Assembly: GCA_041697335.1 (NCBI GenBank)
Contig: JBGUGD010000007.1
Span: forward strand, 151,976-215,975
Direction of reading: 5' to 3'
Length of the DNA stretch: 64,000 nt
DNA from: Vampirovibrionaceae bacterium NZW_1234
GTDB lineage: Bacteria > Cyanobacteriota > Vampirovibrionia > Vampirovibrionales > JAGQHJ01
The position numbers were made by a program, and so were the translations under genes. Position 1 is the stretch's first letter; the number at the start of each line of letters is the position of its first letter. The notes below the pieces were generated by a model, which had not been told where the DNA came from, searched no databases, and saw only the letters and a list, made by a program, of their open reading frames with translations. Shown here piece after piece: positions 20,236 through 29,550 of the stretch.

Positions 20236-21651
20236 CTAAACACTTAAAGGTCTTAATTGAGAAATGACGCTGGGCATTTCCTGGTAGATATTTTTGCCTT
20301 CTGCAGCCAACATAATCGCTCTTGCCGCCACGGTTCCTGAAATTACGGATTCGCCATGGGGACGAACGAAGGAAGTTATGAAGCGATTGCGCTGTTGAAG
20401 TTTTAAATCGACTCCTTGCAGGATATTGGCAATCTGTGAAATAAATTCCAGGATCTGGGTCGATGTTTCAAGAACATCGCATTGATTCAGATATTGGAAA
20501 TGTACGGCTTCCGTTTGTGTTTTGCTATACCGTTCTGTCAGTATGGAAAGCGTAGGCTTTTGGAGAATAACACTATCAATCATACCCGTGGTATTGACGC
20601 CAACACAGGCTAAGGCATGATGAACCGAATTAACAAAATCCGAGCGTGAAGTCGGATCGTCCGGGAAACTAATATCACGTGGCCAAAGAGCAACTTGAGG
20701 TTCTTCAAAAGAGTTAAATACTTCACGATTAAACGGATGGGGTCTGAGAAGCACACCGATGGAGCTAATGTTGGGATCCGGGTGTTTACGAAGTGTATCA
20801 ATCAGTTCTCGGACCAACCAAGACTCATCGGGGGCAATGTTTTTAGTGGATGCCATGTACATAATATAGTGTTTTGTTGGATCAAGCCCCACTTTTTGGC
20901 AAAAAGCATCCCGAGTTTCCAGTAAGGTTTTGCTAGAAAACCATTTATCAAAAAATGGGGAACCTGTTACAACTATTCTGTCGTGGGGAATGCGATGAAT
21001 GGTTTCCGCTTCTTTTGCATGGGTGTCGTTCCAAGCAAGGAGCCAGTCTGGTTGAATGTGATACAACCCCTTCGTCGTTAAGTTATCCCAGCTAAACACC
21101 GGTACTAATGTAGGAATACCGAGGTACTTTGCTGCTTTAACATACTCCACCTCGCTACAGGAAAGTAAGTTCATCGGGGTTGCAACGACAGCATCAGGCC
21201 GATTTTCTTTGAGCCAGTTTAATATGGCTTTATCCGGTGGAGCCATTGTTTCAATTGTCCGCAAGATCTCTTGAAATTCGGGAGCAGAAGCAATTTGTTG
21301 AATAAACTTCCACATTGCAACTTTTTGCATGGATTTGGGTAAAAATGTAATCGCACGATTTAAATAGAATTCAGATTGTTTACCTTTCCGACTCAGATAA
21401 TTCGCATAGGTTAACAGTGAGCGAGAGGGTCTTAGCAGGCCACGCCAAAAGTCCGAGCGTCTGAGGAATGAACCCGTGGTTAATTCGGGGTGATGTTGCT
21501 CATAGGCCCTAACAGCTCTATCAGAGTCTTCTAGACGGGTTGGATCAAAAAGAAGAGTTACGTCTTGTCCCTGTCGTAAAAGCTCATCAATAATCGATTC
21601 AAAATAGGAAAAATAAATGGGGGACCGGGACAGAAATAAAATCTTGCTCAT
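20236..21651 (-). CDS. Putative GT-B fold transferase associated with surface-sugar cluster
   Basis: SWDNLTTKG, WN, TGSPFFD, RPHP, NTT..ID motifs resemble CDP-glycerol/capsule GT-B transferases; context of NeuA/NeuB. Confidence 0.55.
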   Translation of the reverse strand: MSKILFLSRSPIYFSYFESIIDELLRQGQDVTLLFDPTRLEDSDRAVRAYEQHHPELTTGSFLRRSDFWRGLLRPSRSLLTYANYLSRKGKQSEFYLNRAITFLPKSMQKVAMWKFIQQIASAPEFQEILRTIETMAPPDKAILNWLKENRPDAVVATPMNLLSCSEVEYVKAAKYLGIPTLVPVFSWDNLTTKGLYHIQPDWLLAWNDTHAKEAETIHRIPHDRIVVTGSPFFDKWFSSKTLLETRDAFCQKVGLDPTKHYIMYMASTKNIAPDESWLVRELIDTLRKHPDPNISSIGVLLRPHPFNREVFNSFEEPQVALWPRDISFPDDPTSRSDFVNSVHHALACVGVNTTGMIDSVILQKPTLSILTERYSKTQTEAVHFQYLNQCDVLETSTQILEFISQIANILQGVDLKLQQRNRFITSFVRPHGESVISGTVAARAIMLAAEGKNIYQEMPSVISQLRPLSV

Positions 21652-21910
21652 TTGGGTATGTACCTAAAATCGTGGTTGGTAGGACTATTAAGGGCGAAAA
21701 TCCAAATCTCATTGGTATATTACCACGAGACGTTTGCCTGTCTCAATTAATTTAGCATTTTGTTCGGCGTTAAATCAGGGCTTCAAACGGAATTAGTGCT
21801 TTTCATATCATTGTGGCCTTGAGGTTCGCGCTAAAAGACTTGGCAGGAAGTTAACCACTAAAATTGAAGCTTCAAAGGGTGAGTTAGGGGCTCTGTAGAG
21901 GAAAAACTGT

Positions 21911-22543
21911 TTATGAATTGCCAGTAAAGCGATTTTGGATCACGACGTCGTGGTATGGCAATTGTCCGCCGCGTGGTCGAGCCGGTTCCAGGGCTTTGCC
22001 CACGGTGACCATCAAGGCGATGACATGATCCTCTGGGAGGTCAATGATTTTTGCCACCTCAACGGGATCAAACCCCACCATGGGGCAGCTGTCATAGCCC
22101 ATGCTCCGTGCGGCCAGCATTAAGGTTTGGGCGGCCAGGCCACAGGAGCGCATGGCTTCGTCACGTTGCAGCTGGGGTTTGTCTTTATAGAAGTTTTCGA
22201 GCATAGGGACAAGGGTATTTTGAATTTCTGCTGGGGCATTTTTCCAGTACCGCTCTGGGTTTTTTTCAGCAGCTCTGAGGTCTGCGCAAAACACCACCGT
22301 AAAGGAAGAATCTGTAATTTGTGCTTGGTTCCATGCCGCCTCTCTGAGCTGCTGCTTGATTTCGGGAGCGGTGACGAGGACCAGTCGCCAGTTCTGAATA
22401 TTAAACGATGTGGGGGACAGCAAGGTGAGTGACAGTAAGGTTTCCATGTCGGCCTGTGGCATGGCAAAGTCCGGATCATAGCGCTTGACGGCCCGCCGGG
22501 TTTGGATGGCTTCTACGGTATTTAACAAGGTTTGTGTTGGCAT
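21911..22543 (-). CDS. Nitroreductase-family protein
   Basis: RRAVKRY, SPTSFNIQNWR, LMLAARSMGYDSCPMVGFD. Confidence 0.93.
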   Translation of the reverse strand: MPTQTLLNTVEAIQTRRAVKRYDPDFAMPQADMETLLSLTLLSPTSFNIQNWRLVLVTAPEIKQQLREAAWNQAQITDSSFTVVFCADLRAAEKNPERYWKNAPAEIQNTLVPMLENFYKDKPQLQRDEAMRSCGLAAQTLMLAARSMGYDSCPMVGFDPVEVAKIIDLPEDHVIALMVTVGKALEPARPRGGQLPYHDVVIQNRFTGNS

Positions 22544-22629
22544 TGGGGTTTTTCTCCTGATGGGTTGTGTATAAAGCTATCCGTCAACTCTAGAAAGTAG
22601 GTGCTCTCTCGTAACTCGAATTTATGGGC

Positions 22630-23382
22630 CTAGACCTCTAAAGGCACTTGATAGGAGGCAACATCAATTTGTGGCAATGTGGCATGCCCGGTTTGAAGCC
22701 AATGTTGTGCAATCAGCCAATCATCTTCATAGTCAATGGAAAACCCTTCACTCGGATCAGTCAGAAAGGGAGCAATAATGCGTCCTTCTCGTGAGTTTGT
22801 TTCAAATACCACTCTGCTCCACGCCATCTCCAAACTGCTATTTTGAATATAGACTTTGGGGCAATCCTGGTATTGTCGCGCATGGTAGGGCACGTCTAAA
22901 TGATCTTGAGGCAAAAGAGGTTCCATCAGCGTATCGTTAATAATCCACATTTTGCCAGGATGTTGCTTGCAAAGCTCAACGGCCCGGATAGAGTCAATGC
23001 CCGATTGACTGAGGAATTGGGTCTTCGCTCGTAAAATGGTTTCTACCTGGCGAAACGGGCTGGTGGGCCGAAGGATTGCAAAGGCGTCATAGGTTTCACC
23101 CAGATTGCTGAAAGTATACTTCAGCCACTCAATATCGGGGGATGTGGATGAGGCGAGTTCTGGAGGCCGAAGAAAAGGAACATCGGCACCATAGTGGCGA
23201 GCCACATCGGCAATCGCCTCGGAGTCGGTCGATACCAGAACGCGATCGAAGATGTTGCTTTGAAGGGCTGTCTGTATGGCATAGGCCAAGAGCGGATGCC
23301 CTCCCAAGGGGCGAATATTTTTGAGTTTGACACGTTGTGAGCCTGCTCGAGCCGGAACAAAAGCAATCAATTTGGCGGACAT
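22630..23382 (-). CDS. NeuA-family acylneuraminate cytidylyltransferase (CMP-ulosonate synthetase)
   Basis: PARAGSQRVKLKN, VSTDS, FLRP.ELAS, LRPTSPFR, SIDYEDD. Confidence 0.92.
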   Translation of the reverse strand: MSAKLIAFVPARAGSQRVKLKNIRPLGGHPLLAYAIQTALQSNIFDRVLVSTDSEAIADVARHYGADVPFLRPPELASSTSPDIEWLKYTFSNLGETYDAFAILRPTSPFRQVETILRAKTQFLSQSGIDSIRAVELCKQHPGKMWIINDTLMEPLLPQDHLDVPYHARQYQDCPKVYIQNSSLEMAWSRVVFETNSREGRIIAPFLTDPSEGFSIDYEDDWLIAQHWLQTGHATLPQIDVASYQVPLEV

Positions 23383-24323
23383 GCCAGCAAACTCCTTTCT
23401 GAATGATGTATGGTGTATTGAGCTTCTTCGATAGAGCGGATACGTTCAACCAGCGTAGCAATGGTGTGGCATGGAATCTGGAGGTGTTCGCCAAGTCGCA
23501 TTAAGGCACCACCGATGGCATCCACTTCAGTGGTTTTTCCAGAGTAGAGATCTCGTTGCATGGATGTTCCCAGTGTGGCCGGGAGCTTATCAATAAAGGC
23601 CAGCACTTCTGCCGTCTCGAAGGCTAGACCCATGGCTTTGGCTACGGTTACACCTTCTCGGACACAGCCTTCAAGAGCATTACGATATTCAGGGGTATTG
23701 CGTATAACTCCCAATTCGCAGTTAAAGGCCGAGGTGGTGAGGGCCAGTGCATTCAGGCGCACCAGTTTATCAAACAGCACTTGATTTTCATCGGCGTAGG
23801 TTTCAAAATCCACTCGACTTACCTGAAGTTGGTTGGCCAGGGCTTTTAAGTCGGCCATGGGAAAATCCTGGGAAGCCCACTGGATAAGCGCAAAGTGAGA
23901 GGTGTGGTCAAAACGGTTGGGCGCGACATACTTGGCTTCAATGCGGACCACGCCGCCAACCAGTCGTGGCCCGAAAACTTTTCGCAGTGTATTCATATGC
24001 TCATACCCGTTCAGTAGGGGTACGACCATGCCGCTTTGTAAGGCATTTTGAGAAATACGCTTCAGGGCTTCAGACAGATGTTGCCCTTTGGTCGTGACAA
24101 AAAGGATGTCAACGGGCGCATCTAAGCAAGCGGTGGCTTCAGGGTGGGCGACAATGGTGCCGAAGTCCACACTGTTAACAAGGATGCCTTCTTTTTGAAT
24201 CAGGGCGGTGGTAGACTCACGTGCCACACAGGTGACAGGGAAACCGGCTTGCCAGAACATTGCTGCCAGAAAGCCGCCAACTGCACCGGGGCCCAGAATG
24301 CCAATGGAGGGTTTATCGTTCAT
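23367..24323 (-). CDS. Ketopantoate reductase (PanE/ApbA)-family oxidoreductase
   Basis: GPGAVGG, TTKG, LLNG, KLVRLNA, SMQRD, TEVDAI.G. Confidence 0.88.
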   Translation of the reverse strand: MNDKPSIGILGPGAVGGFLAAMFWQAGFPVTCVARESTTALIQKEGILVNSVDFGTIVAHPEATACLDAPVDILFVTTKGQHLSEALKRISQNALQSGMVVPLLNGYEHMNTLRKVFGPRLVGGVVRIEAKYVAPNRFDHTSHFALIQWASQDFPMADLKALANQLQVSRVDFETYADENQVLFDKLVRLNALALTTSAFNCELGVIRNTPEYRNALEGCVREGVTVAKAMGLAFETAEVLAFIDKLPATLGTSMQRDLYSGKTTEVDAIGGALMRLGEHLQIPCHTIATLVERIRSIEEAQYTIHHSERSLLACPPN

Positions 24324-25539
24324 GAGTGGCAACTAAGGGTTTTACCACACCGGAACCTGAAGGATTTGGCCAGGGGTGGGCACGCAGAACCTCTTCATTC
24401 AGATCTGCACCCCAGCCCGGAGCTGTTGGCAGGTGTAGATAACCGTCTTGAATCTGTGGCACGGCTGTAATCAATTCTTCTCGCCAGGGAACATCATCGA
24501 CATCGACTTCGAAAATTCTTAAATTCGGGACAATTGCACAGAAGTGGGCACCGATCAGCGTGGCTAAGTGGCTATAATAATTGTGAGGCGCCACGTTCAT
24601 CTCGTGGATTTCGGCCAGATCTGCAATTTTCTTGGACTGAGCAAGGCCATTCCAAGGTATGTCTACCATCACAACCGACATGGCTTGTTTCTCCAGGAAG
24701 GGGCGATATTGACGAGCGGTGTAGAGATTCTCGCCAGAACAAATTGGAATGGTTGTGGCGTTTCGTATGGTCTTCAGGGCATCCGGGTCGTAGCAATCGA
24801 CTTCCAGCCAGAACAAGTTGAAGGGTTCCAAGGCTTTTGCCATCTGGATACAGCCCTCAGGTTTAAAGTTGAAGTTCAAGTCCAACATAATGTCGACATT
24901 CGGCCCAACCGCATCTCGAAACGTGCCAATGACGGAGACAACGTGATCAATGAGTTTTGGGGGTATGTTCTGGTCAACACTGCCCTGATCTCGACGAAAG
25001 CCCTGCATAAACACGTGGGGATTATCCGGATCCAGGACCAGCATATTGGTTTTAAAGGCCGTGTAACCTTTTTCAACCACTTCTCTACCCAGCTCGGCCA
25101 CATCGCCCAGTGTGCGGACAGGCTTCACATTGGCATGATGAGCTGCGCGAACCCGGGTTGTTCCGCAATGGGACCAGTAGGTGCGTATCTTCTCGCGAAC
25201 AGGTCCTCCGAAGAGTTCATAAACGGGCACACCCAAGTCTTTGGCTTTGAGATCCAGGAGGGCATTTTCGATGCCGCCAAGGGCCTTCTGGACAATGCCG
25301 CCTGGACTTTGGCGAGTGGCCCGATATAAATCCCAGTAAATTTTTTCATAGGGACGCGGATCCTGGTTCAGGAGTAAGGGCTTGAGATCGTCAATGCATC
25401 CGGCAATGGCCCGGGGAGAGCCGTTGGAGTCGGTAATTTCGCTATAACCGATTAATCCTTTATCGGTTGTGATTTTGATAAAAATCCAGGGACGCCATCC
25501 AGCGTCACAAAACAGGGTTTCTACATTGGTGATTTTCAT
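24313..25539 (-). CDS. Mandelate racemase/muconate lactonising enzyme family (enolase superfamily, acid-sugar dehydratase-like)
   Basis: IENALLDLKAK.LGVPVYELFGG, GYTAFK, MLDLN, WLE, GENL, APHN, PGWG; start moved to ATG 25539 because the ORF-track extension covers a tRNA. Confidence 0.9.
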   Translation of the reverse strand: MKITNVETLFCDAGWRPWIFIKITTDKGLIGYSEITDSNGSPRAIAGCIDDLKPLLLNQDPRPYEKIYWDLYRATRQSPGGIVQKALGGIENALLDLKAKDLGVPVYELFGGPVREKIRTYWSHCGTTRVRAAHHANVKPVRTLGDVAELGREVVEKGYTAFKTNMLVLDPDNPHVFMQGFRRDQGSVDQNIPPKLIDHVVSVIGTFRDAVGPNVDIMLDLNFNFKPEGCIQMAKALEPFNLFWLEVDCYDPDALKTIRNATTIPICSGENLYTARQYRPFLEKQAMSVVMVDIPWNGLAQSKKIADLAEIHEMNVAPHNYYSHLATLIGAHFCAIVPNLRIFEVDVDDVPWREELITAVPQIQDGYLHLPTAPGWGADLNEEVLRAHPWPNPSGSGVVKPLVATHER

Positions 25540-25664
25540 AGGGTGTTCTCCGGGCTGCACGTTGCCATCATTGATCACGTGTTCGCCTTGATGATAGCAC
25601 AAACCTAAGGGTCTTCCCTCTGCAATCCCACAGGAAACCTGATGTATTTGAATTGAAAAAAGGG

Positions 25665-25748
25665 TGGTGGGCAGAACAGGACTTGAACCTGCACGCATTG
25701 CTGCACTGGTACCTAAAACCAGCGCGTCTACCATTCCGCCATCTGCCC
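25665..25748 (-). tRNA. tRNA-Leu (anticodon TAG), CCA encoded
   Basis: GGGCAGATGGCGGAATGGTAGACGCG-CTGGT-TTTAGGT-ACCAG-long variable arm-GCAGGTTCAAGTCCTGT-TCTGCCC-ACCA. Confidence 0.97.
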
Positions 25749-26372
25749 ACGACGGCACTCCGATGGGATCGGAGACGCTGAGGTAATGAGGCTATTTTAC
25801 ACCAGTCTTTGGGCCGAGACTAGGTGTTATTCACGGCGTGTTCAATCGTGCGAAATGTCTTAGCGTGCGTGTTGAAATGCTTTATCCGTCATAAAAAAGA
25901 AGCTTTTTGGTTAGAAATGCGATGTCTGGGAATGATTGTCAGGGTTGTTGTAGCTAATGTTATTGTAGGGAAAAGGTTTTTTCTTTGTAAAAGGTTTGAA
26001 AATTAGGCAAGATGGGAATAATTATGGAAAAAAGGTTTGTGTGACTTCCATGAAGACATTTCTCCGGTACATATCAGGGTCAAATCGACAAAATACGACA
26101 AATCGCGTCGTTTGCCCCCAGAGTTTGAAGATGAAATGCTGAAACGCTCTTCTTGAGAGGGTTTTGGCTTTTGTGGTGTTGGTAACCCGACGCGAAACCG
26201 ACGTTGAAAAGACGAATTTTACCGCGATTCTACCGATAAATTGCCGCGAGCGTGTTTTCTGCGAGGGTTTCATCCGCGACACCTTGATGCTATGGTAACG
26301 GATGGATGGGAAGACAATGGGTCAAGGAAGACGATTCATCCAGTGACATAGGGTAATTGGGAGATAAGGGCC

Positions 26373-27476
26373 ATGGGGATACCTCGTGTTTTTCCGACAT
26401 CTGTGCGCTTTGGCTGGTTCGATCATGGTCATCATGCCATTGATACCGGGGCCATAAACCGACTACCGCAACAAACTCAAGATGAAAGGCAATGGCAAGG
26501 GTTTTTAAAGGAAAACCTGCAATTCATCCATGACGAAGATGATATGGAGGATCTGGTTTATGACGGCCCGATGCATTATGTGGATCTGGATAAATGGCTT
26601 CGCCCCGACGTTCCGGTCGCTCACGAGAAGAAAATGGGGGTTTCTTGGGAGGAGGCCCAAAACGCTTTTTCTGAAGAGGAGCGCCATCGGTTACACCAGC
26701 GCTGGCATGCCTCCAGTATTGAACCCGAGGACTTCTATCGCCCGCGGAACATCTTCTTATCCGTGATGCAGAAATACGATATGGTGAAACGCCAGTTGGA
26801 ATCCATTGCTCAAGGAAATAAGCGCCTTTTGACGGTGGCGCCAGGCCACACCAGCCGGGAGTTAAATATTCAACGGAACTTTTACCTGGAGCTGGTGCGC
26901 AATGTGGGTCGATTGTCACATTACATTGGCGATTTGTTTATGCCACTTCACTTAACACGTTATCACGACTGGCTCTTACACCCGGATGCGAAGGCCGAAC
27001 AGCACGCCTTTACCGAGGGCATGCACTTTTTTCTGGAAGGCAAAACCTTGACGACCCAGGATTATCAATCGCTTCTAAGCACCCCTGTCAAAGCGCCGCC
27101 AGGACCACCTCTGAATCGAGAGGCCCTGAGAACCTACCTGATTGAGAAGATGCAGCAAACCTATGGCCGGATGTATGACCTGGTCAGACTTCAACAGCAG
27201 GCGCTTGCCCAGAAGCGTGAGCACGCCAGTACCGACCTGTACGAAAAGCGTCTGGCGGAAGCGGTAAAGCCCCTGTTATTAGAGCAACTGCAATCGGCAC
27301 AAGAGGCCTTGGCAGTGACACTCCAATCGGTATGGCACGAAGCAGGACGACCAGTAGATTTTCGCTCCACTCAACCGGTTTCACTTCAGCAGAAAGCTTG
27401 GTCTGCCTTGATCAGTTTGCCCCGGAAGCTGGTGGGCCTGCTCCTTCGACGAACACCGCCTGAGGGGAAAAATTAG
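26373..27476 (+). CDS. S1/P1 nuclease / Zn-dependent phospholipase C superfamily protein with RFG leader
   Basis: WxxxGH (W15-H20), HYVDLD, SHYIGDLFMPLH, MHFFLE zinc-ligand motifs. Confidence 0.8.
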   Translation: MGIPRVFPTSVRFGWFDHGHHAIDTGAINRLPQQTQDERQWQGFLKENLQFIHDEDDMEDLVYDGPMHYVDLDKWLRPDVPVAHEKKMGVSWEEAQNAFSEEERHRLHQRWHASSIEPEDFYRPRNIFLSVMQKYDMVKRQLESIAQGNKRLLTVAPGHTSRELNIQRNFYLELVRNVGRLSHYIGDLFMPLHLTRYHDWLLHPDAKAEQHAFTEGMHFFLEGKTLTTQDYQSLLSTPVKAPPGPPLNREALRTYLIEKMQQTYGRMYDLVRLQQQALAQKREHASTDLYEKRLAEAVKPLLLEQLQSAQEALAVTLQSVWHEAGRPVDFRSTQPVSLQQKAWSALISLPRKLVGLLLRRTPPEGKN

Positions 27477-27497
27477 TGTTCGATTGGTAGGGACTTG

Positions 27498-27797
27498 TTA
27501 GGGAACCTGCTGGCAGCGGCGGTTTTGTTTTAATGTTGCTTTCAGCTCAAATAAGACGTTGAGCACGCGTGAATTCTGTTTGGTCCAACCCATCGGGTGT
27601 GCCGGTAGACCCCGCCCCAGGGTGCTTTTAGATAGTTCTGACTGACATCCCGATGTCGCTGTACATTCTTGATGCGATTCGCCCGTAAGCCATTCCAGCG
27701 TTTCCTGTTCTAATATCACCCACGGTTGCAAGTCCGAGGCCAGTCGTGTCCAAGACGGTTTCATAAAGTCTCTCCTCATTTCACTGCTTAACGACAC
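27498..27797 (-). CDS. Hypothetical protein
   Basis: Only ORF filling the gap; GAGGAG precedes internal ATG (MKPSW); no recognisable motif. Confidence 0.4.
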   Translation of the reverse strand: MSLSSEMRRDFMKPSWTRLASDLQPWVILEQETLEWLTGESHQECTATSGCQSELSKSTLGRGLPAHPMGWTKQNSRVLNVLFELKATLKQNRRCQQVP

Positions 27798-28038
27798 ATT
27801 ATCTATAGCACTGTCTATAGCAATAAAAACGAGTATTGGGTTTAGATTGCATTAATATTTCCTTCGCAAGGATCTGTTATTTGCGATAATGTTCTCCCAG
27901 ACAATGTTTTAGCGATCTCTTAAGTCATTCTTAAATCTCGATATATGTAGATTCAGGAGAAAGAAAAAGGATGTCTGACGGTTTCAAACGATCAGACACC
28001 CGAAGGAGCAATCGAAAATAGCTCGATTGACAGCGGAT

Positions 28039-29307
28039 TTAGCGAATCCGCTGAATCACCAGTTTTTTGGATTCCAAGGGATTCAGGCCCAGGCGAGCGC
28101 TGGCATTGTCAAAGTTCAAGGCAATTTCGACGAAGCGTTTGTCTGGTTTCGGGCTGTAGGTGCTGCCCAAGTACAAGACAGGGTCTTTTTTGGGGACTTG
28201 GGCAAAGAATTTTTTCAAGGGCAATTGCAGCGGCGTAATGGGATCTGTGGGATCGGCGCTTCGAATTTCAAATACCGCATCCTGGGCCAAGAGCTTTTCT
28301 GCTTGTTTGGCGTTGAGAATCAGGTTCGTTTTGATGTTACCGAAGGTTCGGTCTTGAACGCCATAAAATTCCGTGCCCTTGTCGCTTGCTTTTAGAGGCA
28401 GAGAGACGATGGATTGGGCAAATGGGGTGATCTTGGGCGTAAATTTACGAGCTCGTTTCTCATCACATAAGGCTTCCGGGGCAATGCCGTTGGCAATGGC
28501 CGCAGCTGCCACCATAAACACATCTCGCCCGTGGAAGGTTTCAGGCAGTGTGTAGCTGGGGTTTTTCAGGCGAATGCGCTCCAGTTGCTGAACTTTTTCC
28601 AAATCGATGGGCAGGAGTTTATAACGTTCGCCTTTTTCTTCCAGACTCTTGATGGCCAAGCTGAAAATGCCGTTATTGGGGCCAATCACCAAGCCGTAGT
28701 TCTCCGTGATGAGAATGCTTCGATCATGGGTGATTTTTTTCTTTCGGGTCTCCCCATTACCAACACCGGGGTCACACACCAGAACAACAATGTCTTTGTT
28801 TGGACGTGATGTTGCAATCCGTTGCAGGGTGAGTGCAGCGTAGTCGGTATTCCCGAAGGGAATGTCGGACAGGGAGTGAACGGGGATGGTGTCGGCTTTT
28901 TTCGGTGTTGAGAACACCCCTAAAATGGCGTTTAGAACTGTCTTTAAAATCGCTTTGATTTGGCCGATTAGTGATGTGTCCGGTGCTTCTTTGGGGGCGC
29001 GATTCCAGCGCTTAAAGGGTTGCAGTTCCTGGCCCCGGGTGTCGGTGAATTTTAAGACGTCCCGGTAACGACTGATGGCTTCGGCATTGGAGCTGGCATC
29101 GTTAAAATCGGTAATGAGGTGAACATTTTCAATGGGGGCTTTAACCCAGGATTTTCCAAATCGCAGGTTTGGCAAGGAATGTAATGACCCTGCGCCTTTT
29201 AGGAGGCTGTGACGAGCGGGCACCCGTTGGGAAATCTGCGCTGGGGATTTTTTTAGGGGAAGGGTGTGTTGTGTGACAGTGTGGTGAATGGGGTGAATGT
29301 GGGACAT
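28039..29307 (-). CDS. DUF62 SAM hydroxide adenosyltransferase (SAM hydrolase; halogenase fold) with RFG leader
   Basis: ITDF, VCDPGVG, DR, GPNNG, TFHGRDVF, DRTFGNI; His in TFHGRD fits the hydrolase type. Confidence 0.85.
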   Translation of the reverse strand: MSHIHPIHHTVTQHTLPLKKSPAQISQRVPARHSLLKGAGSLHSLPNLRFGKSWVKAPIENVHLITDFNDASSNAEAISRYRDVLKFTDTRGQELQPFKRWNRAPKEAPDTSLIGQIKAILKTVLNAILGVFSTPKKADTIPVHSLSDIPFGNTDYAALTLQRIATSRPNKDIVVLVCDPGVGNGETRKKKITHDRSILITENYGLVIGPNNGIFSLAIKSLEEKGERYKLLPIDLEKVQQLERIRLKNPSYTLPETFHGRDVFMVAAAAIANGIAPEALCDEKRARKFTPKITPFAQSIVSLPLKASDKGTEFYGVQDRTFGNIKTNLILNAKQAEKLLAQDAVFEIRSADPTDPITPLQLPLKKFFAQVPKKDPVLYLGSTYSPKPDKRFVEIALNFDNASARLGLNPLESKKLVIQRIR

Positions 29308-29344
29308 GAGGGAGCATCCTTTCGGGGTTTACTGACAGAACAAT

Positions 29345-29382
29345 AAAAAAGACCGCCGACCTGGTGGAGGTCGGCGGTCTTT
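29345..29382 (-). terminator. Intrinsic terminator (attenuator 3:4 hairpin) 37 nt upstream of the DUF62 gene
   Basis: Minus strand AAAGACCGCCGACCT-CCACC-AGGTCGGCGGTC-TTTTTT. Confidence 0.92.
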
Positions 29383-29399
29383 GAAGCTTTGGGTTCGAC

Positions 29400-29510
29400 T
29401 TATCTCGATCCGGCGCTGCACGTGCCAACCTCCACCAAGAAGGGCATCATCATGGTGGACATCATCATGGCAGTGGTTTGTGCAGCGGTTTGGATGGCAA
29501 GAGTCAGCAT
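29400..29510 (-). CDS. Attenuator leader peptide, 36 aa, MLTLAIQTAAQTTAMMMSTMMMPFLVEVGTCSAGSR
   Basis: Not in ORF track (too short); six ATG codons in an 8-codon run; overlaps antiterminator and anti-antiterminator segments. Confidence 0.8.
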   Translation of the reverse strand: MLTLAIQTAAQTTAMMMSTMMMPFLVEVGTCSAGSR

Positions 29511-29550
29511 GGGAAAATTTTTTTCAAATTTAAGGTCAAACTTGGTAAGA

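Noticed and set aside
25540..25758. 73 aa N-terminal extension of the enolase-family ORF
   Set aside because: It reads through tRNA-Leu; the family-typical start MKIT is at 25539.
25760..26370. Long intergenic region with CGAC/GTCG-rich words; possible ncRNA or origin
   Set aside because: No consistent repeat, DnaA-box cluster or recognisable RNA fold by eye.
28039..29307. Fluorinase/chlorinase call
   Set aside because: TFHGRD with His and the Asp/Arg partners fit the hydroxide adenosyltransferase type.
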